DNA of 23,111 bases from Octopus sinensis (taxonomy: Eukaryota): positions 1-23,111 of the forward strand of contig NW_021836662.1 in the NCBI RefSeq assembly GCF_006345805.1, read 5' to 3'. How positions within the stretch are numbered: the first letter of the stretch is position 1; every line of letters starts with the position of its first letter. Positions 10,078 to 18,996 of the stretch are shown here, in pieces. The notes under the pieces are model-generated. The model worked only from the letters and a program-made list of their open reading frames with translations, made no database searches and was not told the DNA's origin. Both the position numbers and the translations under genes were made by a program.

Positions 10078-10233
10078 ATATGGCTGTATGATTAAGAAAT
10101 TTGTTGAGAAACCGTGTAATTTCAGGTTCAGTCCCACTGCGTGGCACCTTGGACAAGTGTCTTCTGCTATAGCCTTTTGCCGACCAAAGCCTTGTGAGTG
10201 GATTTCATAGACAGAAATTGAAAGAAGCCTGTC
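10078..10233 (+). mobile_element. SINE family A 5' half
   Basis: GGTTCAGTCCCACTGCGTGGCACCTTGGACAAGTGTCTTC...GAAAGAAGCC followed by a microsatellite. Confidence 0.85.
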
Positions 10234-10599
10234 ATATATATGTATACATATATATATATGTGCATGTGTGTGTATATGTATATATATATATATGTGTGTG
10301 TATATGTATGCATGTATGTATATGTATATATGTATGTAATATATATATGTATATATGATATATATATGTATATATGTATATATTAGGTATATATATATAT
10401 GTATATATATATGTATATATGTATATTATATATGTATGTATATATATTATATAATAGTATTATGGGTTTGCAGCAGTTTGCTGTGCTTGAGAACACACAT
10501 CAGGCTAAGAAAATTTAAATATGCAGTTGTCCTTGCATTCGGGCATGTTGCCTGCATCCCTCTCCCGGTGAGCAGTCCTAATCTTGTAGGCTAATGAAT

Positions 10600-10830
10600 G
10601 CTGGTGCCATATAAAAATCACCTACACAAGTGCCACATAAATGCACCCATGCCAGTGCTGTGTAGATGCACCCAGAACACTCTTTAAAGTGGTTGGCTTT
10701 AGGAAGGACATTCAGTCATAAAAACCAAGCCAAAAACAGAGAGCCTGGGCAGATCTTCACCTGACCAACTCCTATCGAACCATGCAACCCATACCAGAAT
10801 AGGAGAATGGACACTAAATAGGGATGATGG
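10600..10830 (+). mobile_element. Old degenerate retroposon with an RTE-type 3' end
   Basis: GTGGTTGGCTTTAGGAAGGACATTCAG...GAACCATGCAACCCATACCAG resembles 14285-14400; short GGCAC/TAAA repeats upstream. Confidence 0.55.
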
Positions 10831-10861
<31 letters not shown>

Positions 10862-11132
10862 GTATATATATATATATATATATAATTCAATAAGGGTAGA
10901 AATTGATATTAATCAATTAAAACCAGTGGCCTAGCATATTTTTAAAATATCCGAAGATTAAAAATTTTTTACAAAATTTAGAGGACTGACCACTAAAAGT
11001 GGACAGCCTATATGCTAGATATAGACGTCAAAATCGCCATTTTCCATGAAGAATATGTTCTCAAGAAAAAAATTCCAGCAAAAAACCAAAGTGTAAAAAT
11101 AAGCAAGACAAATGAAAATATACGAAATAAAA

Positions 11133-11225
11133 AACGATTACCTATGTACTAATTAGTTTCACTTGTTAATATTTACGTATATGGACACGTAGACATCTGC
11201 AAGATCATCAGCATAGTCTGTCGTT
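11133..11225 (-). ncRNA. Type I hammerhead ribozyme (left arm of palindrome)
   Basis: AACGA..CTATG-CTGATGA-stem II-GAA-ACTAATTAGT-A-CATAG..TCGTT; predicted cleavage between 11147 and 11146. Confidence 0.78.
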
Positions 11226-11284
11226 TACGAAACACAATTTCCAAAACTACGTTCGGGATCTAGCTCTAGAAATTGTGTTTCGTA

Positions 11285-11377
11285 AACGACAGACTATGCT
11301 GATGATCTTGCAGATATTTGCATGTCCATATACGTAAATATTAACAAGTGAAACTAATTAGTACATAGGTAATCGTT
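11285..11377 (+). ncRNA. Type I hammerhead ribozyme (right arm of palindrome)
   Basis: Stem I CTATG(11294-98)/CATAG(11364-68) extended by AACGA/TCGTT; CTGATGA 11299-11305; stem II CTTG/CAAG plus GATATTT/AAATATT; GAA 11350-52; palindromic stem III ACTAATTAGT; GUA site with cleavage after 11363. Confidence 0.8.
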
Positions 11378-11561
11378 ATTTATTTCGTATATTTTCATTT
11401 GTCTTGCTTATTTTTACACTTTGGTTTTTTGGTGGAATTTTTTTCTTGAGAACACATTCTTCGTGGAAAATGACTATTTTGACGTCTATATCTAGCATAT
11501 AGGCTGTCCACTTTTAGTGGTCAGTCTTCTAAATTTTGTAATATATATATATATATATATA

Positions 11562-11645
11562 TGGGCAAGTGTCCTCTACTATGCCCTCAGGCAAACCAAA
11601 TCCCTGTGAGTGGATTTAGTAAACAGAAACTGAAAGAAGCCCATG
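11562..11645 (+). mobile_element. SINE family A head fragment
   Basis: GGGCAAGTGTCCTCTACTAT...GTGAGTGGATTTAGTAAACAGAAACTGAAAGAAGCCC. Confidence 0.8.
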
Positions 11646-11968
11646 GTGTATATATTTGCACTCCCCATATTTGTCTGTCTGGTAGCATCATGGCTCTTTC
11701 TCCTTTTGTTGGTTATGCATGATTATTACAATTATTTTCGTTTGTCATGTGTATTCTGTCATTGTTTGTTAGCTTTTTCCCTGCGGCTTTTTTGCAACTG
11801 GCACCACCAGAGTGAACAATATCAACAATAGCCGTACAAAAGTGTTGTTATCTTTTGGATGTTGACTTTCGGAATGAGAAATTAGCTATGAATTTTTTAA
11901 TTTGTTTTCATCAGGTTTTTCCAATTGTTTTGATTTTGTTAAATTCTTGTTGGTTATGTTTTCCTGAA

Positions 11969-12012
<44 letters not shown>

Positions 12013-12022
12013 TATGTGTGTG

Positions 12023-12053
<31 letters not shown>

Positions 12054-12199
12054 GTATATAATATATTGTGTGTATATATATGTGTATATATATATGTATG
12101 TATGTATGTATATATGTGGTGTGTGTGTGTATATGTTATATATATATATGTGTGTATATATATGTGTGTGTATATATATATGTGTATACATTGTATATA

Positions 12200-12231
<32 letters not shown>

Positions 12232-12232
12232 G

Positions 12233-13818
12233 TATCAGGAATTACTGCTGAGATTTCAATAAAACTCAAAATATCTAGCAGTGTCGGCTATAGCCTAGTC
12301 ACCCATATAGTTAACCAGGTGATACACGAAGGAGTCATACCCAATGACTGGTGTAGTAGCATATAGTCACTGCTACAAAGGTAAAGGTGACGCCCTAGAT
12401 ACAAGTAAATACAGAGGTATTAAGCTGTTGGATCAGGTAATGAGGTTACGGAAAGGGTCATAGCCCATCTGATTAGAGAAGAATCAACCTAGACGAGATG
12501 CAGTTGGTTTCGTGCCAGGGAAAAGTACCACTGATGCCATATTTCTGGTGAGACAGCTGCAGGAGAAATACCTAGCCAAAGATAAACTCTGTACCTGGCT
12601 TTCGTTGACTTGGAGAAGCCTTTGACAGGGTCCCCCGATCCCTTATTTGGTGGTCAATGAGGAAACTAGGGATAGATGAATGGTTAGTGAGAGCTGTGCG
12701 TGCCATGTACAGGGACGCTGTTAGTAAGGTGAGGGTTGGCAACGAGTACAGTGAAGAATTCCGGGTGGAGGTTGGGGTCCACCAAGGCTCAGTCCTCAGC
12801 CCCCTCCTATTTATCATAGTCCTCCAGGCAATAACGGAGGAATTCAAGACAGGATGCCCCTGGGAGCTCCTCTATGCTGACGACGTTGCTCTAATTGCTG
12901 AATCACTATCAGAACTTGAGGAGAAGTTTCAGGCGTGGAAGCAAGGATCAGAATCAAAGGGCCTTGGAGTCAACCTAGCTAAAACCAAAGTAGGAAGGTA
13001 GACAAATCTCAAATGCCTTCAGGTAGATGGCCCTGCTCGATCTGTAGAAAAGGCGTAGGTAGGAACTCTATAAGATGCACCAAGTGTAAGCTTGGTGCAT
13101 CAATAAGAGGTGCATCAATGTCAAAGGAAAGCTAACTAAGAAGATAGTTTTAGTATGTGGCAGATGCTCTGGTCCAATAAAGACTGAAAATGCGCAGAGA
13201 CCATCTTCCGCCACATTCCAGGGAGAAAACTTGAATAGTTGATAGTTTCTGTTACCTAGGTGACCAAGTCAGTTAGCGGGGGGTGTGTGCCGAAAGTGGT
13301 AACTGCTAGAGTAGAATAGCCTGGGCAAGTTCAGAGAGCTCTTACCTCTGCTGGTGACAAAGGCCTCTCGCTCAGAGTAAAAGGCAGACTGTATGACGCA
13401 TGTGTATGAACAGCCATGCTACATGGCAGTGAAACATGGGTCGTGACTGCTGAGGATATGCGTAACCTCGCAAGAAATGAAGCCAGTATGCTCTGTTGGA
13501 TGTGTAATGTCAGTGTTCATACCCGACAGAGTGTAAGTGCCTTGAGAGAAAAGTTGGACCTAAGAAGCATCAGATGTGGTGTACAAGAGAGGCGTCTATG
13601 CTGGTATGGACACGTAGTAAGAATGGATGAAGATAGTTGTGGGAAAAAGTGTCACACCCTAGCGGTTGAGGGAACCTGTGGAAGAGGTAGACCCAGGTAA
13701 AACTTGGGACGAGGTGGTGAAGAACGACCTTCGCGCTTTAGGTTTCACCGAGGAAATGACCAGAGACCAAGACCTATGGAAGTATGCTGTGCGTGAGAAG
13801 ACCCGGCAGGACATGTGA
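12233..13818 (+). pseudogene. Frameshifted reverse transcriptase ORF of the RTE LINE (endonuclease domain absent)
   Basis: Motifs across frames: IPNDW, YKGKGDA..YRGIKLL, GFVPGKSTTDAIF, FVDLEK.FDRVPR, GVHQGSVLSPLLF, LLYADDVAL, KTKV, MLHGSETW, WYGHVVRM, GRGRPR; ends TGA at 13816-13818. Confidence 0.95.
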
Positions 13819-14438
13819 GGCCATAACCCATGGCCCCTACCTGGGACGTAGTCAGTCCACCTGTGCATACCTTCCTTCTTGGAACACATAACTCTACTTG
13901 TGAAGACCTGTTGAGGCAAGTGAAAATCAAAAAATCAAATCAAATCAAAATCGATGAACATCAATGGAATTTGTATTTTTGTGGTACCAGTGCCGGTGGC
14001 ACATAAGAATACCATCCGAACGTGGCCGTAGCCAGTACCACGCATTGACTGGCCTCCGTGCTGGTGCACGTAACAAACAACCATCCGATTGTGGTCGTTC
14101 ACCACCTCCACCTGCCTCTGTGCCGGTGGCACGTAAAAACACACATCTGAGCATGGCCGTTCGCCAGCCTTCGTCTGGCACCTGTGTCCCGGCACAATAA
14201 AAAACACCATCCGAGCGTGGACGTTCGCCAGCCTCGTCTGGCCTTGTGTCGGTGGCACATAAAATCACCCACTACACTCACGGAGTGGTTGGCGTTAGGA
14301 AGGCATCCAGCTGTAAAACAACTGCCAGATTTGACTGCCTGGTGCAGCTTTCGGCTGTCCAGACCCCAGTTGAACCGTCCAACCCATGCTAGCATGGAAA
14401 GCGACGTTAAACGATGATGATGATGATGATGATGATGA
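12233..14438 (+). mobile_element. 5'-truncated RTE-clade non-LTR retrotransposon (LINE) with long 3' UTR and (GAT)n tail
   Basis: RT homology 12233-13818, 3' UTR 13819-14412 and (GAT)n 14413-14438; starts abruptly after a (TA/TG)n tract. Confidence 0.95.
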
Positions 14439-14591
14439 ATAATAGATAGATAGATATATGTGTATGTATGTATGATATATATATATGTATTTATGATATA
14501 TATATATATGTATATATATTTAATCAATTTTATACCTATATATCTGAGTGTATATATGTATGCAAGTATATATTATCTCTCCCTCTCTTTT

Positions 14592-14646
<55 letters not shown>

Positions 14647-14695
14647 ATATATATATATATATATATACTTTATTTTAAGCAGCAGAAAATTCAAC

Positions 14696-14742
14696 ATTAT
14701 CTGTTACTCTGAGTTTCTCGTTGCCGTTCATCAGACAATAAT
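14696..14742 (-). ncRNA. Minimal type I hammerhead ribozyme
   Basis: ATTATTGT-CTGATGA-A-CG(GCAA)CG-A-GAA-ACTC(A)GAGT-A-ACAGATAAT; stem I ATTATTGT/ACA(G)ATAAT; GUA site, cleavage between 14705 and 14704. Confidence 0.72.
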
Positions 14743-14812
14743 ATATATATATATAAATGTAATGCAATACGAGAGTATTGCTGTTCCAGTAAATAGCCCG
14801 TGAGGGTAAAAT

Positions 14813-14934
14813 TATACATAAAAGTAAATAAATGGTACAATGAAGTACCGATATTTACTGGAAATATTATTACGTTCGCTATTTCCATTAATATCGGTAC
14901 TTCATTGTACCATTATTTACTTTTATAATGTATA
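14813..14934. repeat. Short palindrome (~50-bp arms) next to (TA)n
   Basis: AAAAGTAAATAAATGGTACAATGAAGTACCGATATT / AATATCGGTACTTCATTGTACCATTATTTACTTTT, with inner TGGAAATA/TATTTCCA. Confidence 0.9.
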
Positions 14935-14937
14935 TAT

Positions 14938-14975
<38 letters not shown>

Positions 14976-14978
<3 letters not shown>

Positions 14979-15115
14979 CAATTGTATTGTTTATAAGACA
15001 AACAAAAGTTTGATAAACTATGGGAGAAAATCGAAACCATAATCTGTGCTAGACGATGTGTATTTGTAAGGGAATTGAAAAAAGTATGGAATGACATTGA
15101 ATCACGATCTCATAT
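14976..15115 (+). repeat. Direct duplicate of 8254-8395 (start of the minisatellite)
   Basis: AATCAATTGTATTGTTTATAAGACAAA...GAAAATCGAAACCATAATCTGTGCTAGAC.ATGTGTATTTGTAAG...ATCAC.ATCTCATAT present in both. Confidence 0.9.
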
Positions 15116-15780
15116 ATGTGAGCTAATACTTAAACAAGCGAATGAGGAACGAAGGAAAGTAATTGTCGTACCTGCAAAACAATCTGAATGCTTGACACCA
15201 GAGTCAAAACTGGTGGACAGGTTTATACTAAATCCCAGAATAAGGAATTTGAAATATTGGCACATTTTGCGACAACAAGCACCATACGTCATTGGAAATT
15301 AAAGAGTCGTTAACACTTTCTATTTTTACTTCATTACAATTACCGAAATTATATGAGCGATATATCATTTTGTAATTATTCTCTCTGCCTTTCTCCTCTT
15401 CCTCTTCCCCACCCTCTTCTCTCTCTTCATAACCATTCCGGAATATTCTGCTCATTAGTGTAACAATAATACAATAACCAAAAAGGAAATAGAAACTACA
15501 AAATTAACGTAAATAAATAATAAAAAAATATATATCAAACAATAGATGAAGCAATTATTCGCGATATGTCAGAGTAAAAGACTTCAAGAAGCAGCAGCAG
15601 CAGCAGTCGGAAATTCTATTTTCTCTATTGCATTATCGGTTCTTCCTTCTTTAACTCAAAAATCTATTGATTTCTTTAACTTGTAATTCAACGTTTGGTA
15701 ATATCAGCGCTTGTTGTTCTCAACAAGAATCTTTAAAAGTTCTCCTGTTAAACATTTCGTTTTGAATAAACTACGAAAAA

Positions 15781-15985
15781 ACACCACCAGATAAAAATGA
15801 TACAATCATCTTTTTTCTTTTTTTTGTAGCAATGACTTGACAAAGAGTTAGGTTAGAGTTGATCTTCCCATTGTTTGCAGAATAAAACTGGTCAACCTAT
15901 CTAGAAACACCTCCAGATAAAAATGATACATTCCACCGTTTTTCTAACAATGAATTGACAAAGGGTCAAGTGGAGCTGACCTTTA
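15781..15985. repeat. Local tandem duplication with 126-bp period
   Basis: ACACC.CCAGATAAAAATGATACA at 15781 and 15907, each followed by CAATGA.TTGACAAAG. Confidence 0.8.
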
Positions 15986-16152
15986 TATTGTTTAGAGAAG
16001 AAGACCAGTCTATCTCCCAAATGTACAAACAAAGGTTTGATCAGCTTGGAGTTACAGTCGGAGACACTGGCCCAAAGTGCCATACAAGGGTTGGGTGGTA
16101 AAATTCTTAATCTCACGGCTATATTTAGGTATGTATGTGTGAATGTCTATAC

Positions 16153-16385
16153 CTATTTCTTTACTACCCACAAGAGGCTAAACACAGAGGGAACAAACAA
16201 GGACAGACATAGGTTTTAAGTCGATTACATCGACCCCAGTTCGTAACTGGTACTTATTTAATCGACCCCGAAAGGATGAAAGGCAAAGTCGACCTCGGCG
16301 GAATTTGAACTCACAAAGTAAGGCAGACGAAATACCGCTAAGCATTTCGCCCGGCGTGCTAACGTTTCTGCCAGCTCACCGCCTT
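16153..16385 (-). mobile_element. SINE family F, full length, with a 12-13 bp TSD
   Basis: Head AAGGCGGTGAGCTGGCAGAAACGTTAGC, GAGTTCAAATTCC B-box-like; flanked by GAATGTCTATAC at 16141-16152 and 16386-16397. Confidence 0.93.
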
Positions 16386-16397
16386 GAATGTCTATAC

Positions 16398-16616
16398 CAG
16401 TGGTTTTCAACCAGGGTTCCGCAGAACCTTAGGGTTCCGCCAGTACGGTCCAGGGGTTCCGCAAGAAGTTACAAAACTGCTAAAATCGGCAGTAATTTTT
16501 AATTCTCCTGTGCAGATATGTGTGCATAAGACTATTAAATTATTGCACAGGGGTTCCTCGAGCCAGTGGAATGTTTCCTTGGGGTTCCGCTCCAGAAAAA
16601 AGTTTGAAAAGTACTG
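16398..16616. mobile_element. hAT (Charlie/Buster-type) MITE, 219 bp
   Basis: TIRs CAGTGGTTTTCAACC / AGTTTGAAAAGTACTG; perfect 8-bp TSD GTCTATAC (16390-97 and 16617-24); repeated GGGTTCCGC subterminal motifs. Confidence 0.92.
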
Positions 16617-16636
16617 GTCTATACATATGCGTGTAT

Positions 16637-16869
16637 AAGTCGGTGAGCTGGTAGAAACGTTAGCACACTGGACGAAATGCGTAACCGTATTTCGTCTGCT
16701 GTTACGTTCTGAGTTCAAATTCCGCCAAGGTCGACTTTGCCTTTCATCCTTTCAGGGTCGATAAATTAAATACCAGTTACACACTGGGGTCGATGTAGTC
16801 GACTTAATCCGTTTGTCTGTCCTTGTCTGTCCTCTCTTTGTTTAGCCCCTTGTGGGTAGTAAAGAAATA
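16637..16869 (+). mobile_element. SINE family F, full length
   Basis: Reverse complement of 16153-16385; flanked by ATACATATGC at 16621-30 and 16871-80 (TSD). Confidence 0.93.
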
Positions 16870-16879
16870 TATACATATG

Positions 16880-16920
<41 letters not shown>

Positions 16921-16984
16921 ATATACAGCATACACACACACACTCACACACACACAGATAGATGGGTAGATAGCTAGAGATATA

Positions 16985-17367
16985 CTCTCTTTACTCTTTT
17001 ACTTGTTTCAGTCATTTGACTGCAGCCATGCTGGAGCACCGCCTTTAATCCCCAGGACTTATTCTTTGTAAGCCTAGTACTTATTCTATCGTTCTGTTTT
17101 TGCTGAACCACTAAGTTATGGAGGCACAAACTCACCAGCATCGGTTGTCAAGCGATCTTGGGGGGACAAACACAGACACACAAACACACATATATATATA
17201 CATATATGTGACAGGCTTCTTTCAGTTTCCGTCTACCAAATCCACTCACAAGGCTTTGTTCGGCCCGAGGGTATAGTAGAAGACACTTGCCCAAGGTGTC
17301 ATGGAGTGGGACTGAATCCAGAACCATGTGGTTGGTAAGCAAGCTACTTACCACACAGTCACTCCTA
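16985..17367 (-). mobile_element. SINE family A, full length
   Basis: Collinear with other copies; small internal deletion near 17048. Confidence 0.92.
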
Positions 17368-17400
17368 CGCCTATTATTAAATTTCTTTAGTTCGTTATGA

Positions 17401-17466
17401 TATGTGGTTTGCCCCTGAAGAATATGCTTGAGACTTCTTAGTATATGAAACTATTAGTAGCACATA
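17401..17466 (+). ncRNA. Hammerhead ribozyme motif with imperfect stem I
   Basis: CTGAAGA 17415-21; stem II ATATGCT/AGTATAT; GAA; ACTA(T)TAGT; A17459 (GUA); distal stem I TATGTG/CACATA. Confidence 0.62.
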
Positions 17467-17494
17467 AAGACATGTGTTGTGATCTTTAAATAAT

Positions 17495-17586
<92 letters not shown>

Positions 17587-17780
17587 ATATATACGTATGT
17601 ATGTGTGCATATATGTATACATAGTTAATCCAAACATGAACAAGCAACAAAAAACAACACGAGGATGTGGAATAAGTACAGTGTTAGTGGATGCTCAGGA
17701 AAGGAAAGAAAGGCACACATACACACATGCATACATATATACATACATACGTGAGTGTGTGTGTGTGTGTGTGTGTATGT

Positions 17781-17970
17781 AGCTTGGCAACCAGTGTCAG
17801 TTTGTTTACATTCCTACAACCAAGGAATTTGGAAAAAGAAATGGATAGAATAAATAAATACCAGATTTAAATAAAAAAGATAAGCACCATGATTGATTTG
17901 TTCAACTAAAACCCCTCAAAGCAGTGCTCCCAGTATGGCTGCCATCCAATGATTGAAGCAAGTAAAAGAT
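17781..17970 (+). mobile_element. Highly degenerate SINE A 3' half
   Basis: GGCAACCAGTGTCAGTTTGTTTACATTCC...GTGCTCCCAGTATGGCTG...GATTGAAGCAAGTAAAAGA. Confidence 0.6.
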
Positions 17971-18235
17971 GCAGAAAAAATATGGTTGCAATTATTGACT
18001 TTCACTTTATCTTAAGGCAATTTTTTACGAAGCAGATGCACATGCTTTTAACATATTCCAATATATATTGAACCAAGAAAACACTTGTAACCTAGAGTCA
18101 TCTAAAGGTTATCAAGGTCATAAATTATTTTCGTTAGAGACAGAAATGATATTCCAGCAACCACAGAGGTTTTGGTGTCTGGTGCTTACAGCTGATGGAA
18201 GTTTACAGTTCCATTAGTCTTTTAACAACTGTTAC

Positions 18236-18397
18236 AGATATGGCTGTATGGTTAAGAACTTACACTTCCCAGGCACATGGTTTTCAGTTCAATCCCAGTG
18301 TATGGTACCTTGTGCAAGTGTCTTTTAGCTTAGCCCTGGGCAAACCCCAAACCTTGTGTGTGGATTTATTAGATGGAAGCCAAAAGAAGCCCATCAT
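18236..18397 (+). mobile_element. Degenerate SINE A 5' half
   Basis: GGCTGTATGGTTAAG...CAGTTCAATCCC...GGTACCTTGTGCAAGTGTCTT...AAAGAAGCCC. Confidence 0.75.
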
Positions 18398-18633
18398 ATA
18401 TATATACATATATATACAATAACAATAAAAGGGTAACATTAATTAATTAATTCATTAATTAATAATTAATAATTTTACCAAGTAGTTCGTTACATTAAAA
18501 TAACCTTTTCTAGGTAAAATCATACAAATATTCTATAAATCTAAATTTGGTGTGTGGCGACACAATTAGCTGACCCCCGATTATAATTATGCTTATAATT
18601 ATAGAATATACACACACCCACACACACACACAC

Positions 18634-18676
<43 letters not shown>

Positions 18677-18717
18677 AATCTCTGAGCAAGGTATAAACAG
18701 TAACTGCACGACAATGT

Positions 18718-18996
18718 GAAGTATATTTGCCATCTAAATGTGGCTAACCACTAAGGGTGATGCTACTGTAGCTTGTAGCCCCAGGAGGACACCTCCTCCA
18801 GCTGGCTATTGACACACTTTCTGTGCCTTATCAGTATTTGCAAAGGGAAGTTGGAAGGATGGCTTTCCTTTGCAAAAACTGATAGGGCTCAGAAAGTGTG
18901 TCAATAGCCAGGTGGAGGAGGTGTCCTCCTGGGGCTACAAGCTACAGTAGCATCCACTCTTAAGGGTTAGCCACATTTAAGTGGCAAATATACTTC
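18718..18996. repeat. Near-perfect palindrome (~133-bp arms, ~12-nt loop)
   Basis: GCTACTGTAGCTTGTAGCCCCAGGAGGACACCTCCTCC / GGAGGAGGTGTCCTCCTGGGGCTACAAGCTACAGTAGC. Confidence 0.94.

Larger units (their letters stand above)
10969..11541. repeat. Large near-perfect palindrome (~273-bp arms, 27-nt loop 11242-11268), probable PLE-derived fold-back
   Basis: TTACAAAATTTAGAGGACTGACCACTAAAAGTGGACAGCC...ACACAATTTC / GAAATTGTGT...GGCTGTCCACTTTTAGTGGTCAGTCTTCTAAATTTTGTAA; about 10 mismatches by eye. Confidence 0.95.

Noticed and set aside
11293-11313. Apparent RT motif DYADDLA in the palindrome arm
   Set aside because: The codons are simply the hammerhead stem I plus CTGATGA core; the frame is closed by stops on both sides and has no other RT motifs.
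11977-12269. Long ORFs of 64-129 aa rich in Y/I/C/V/M (also at 547, 4954, 10355, 14460, 17528, 20314)
   Set aside because: Translations of (TA)n/(TG)n microsatellites.
13935-14527. Four overlapping 77-142 aa ORFs
   Set aside because: They lie in the GC-richer tandem-repeat 3' UTR and tail of the RTE element.
15110-15292. ORF MTYGACCRKMCQYFKFLILG resembling a tetraspanin N-terminus
   Set aside because: Hydrophobic helix too short and not followed by tetraspanin TM1/TM2 features; overlapping frames on both strands are equally open.
15881-16100. Plus-strand open frame LETPPDKNDTF...RVGW after a good acceptor at 15880
   Set aside because: All three phases hit a stop soon after the acceptor, and the frame overlaps a local tandem duplication; no homology recognised.
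18795-18915. CTGATAA/CTGATAG...GAAAG..GTC in the 18.7-kb palindrome arms as a hammerhead
   Set aside because: Core G8/A9 altered, no stem II pairing and no stem I complementarity.
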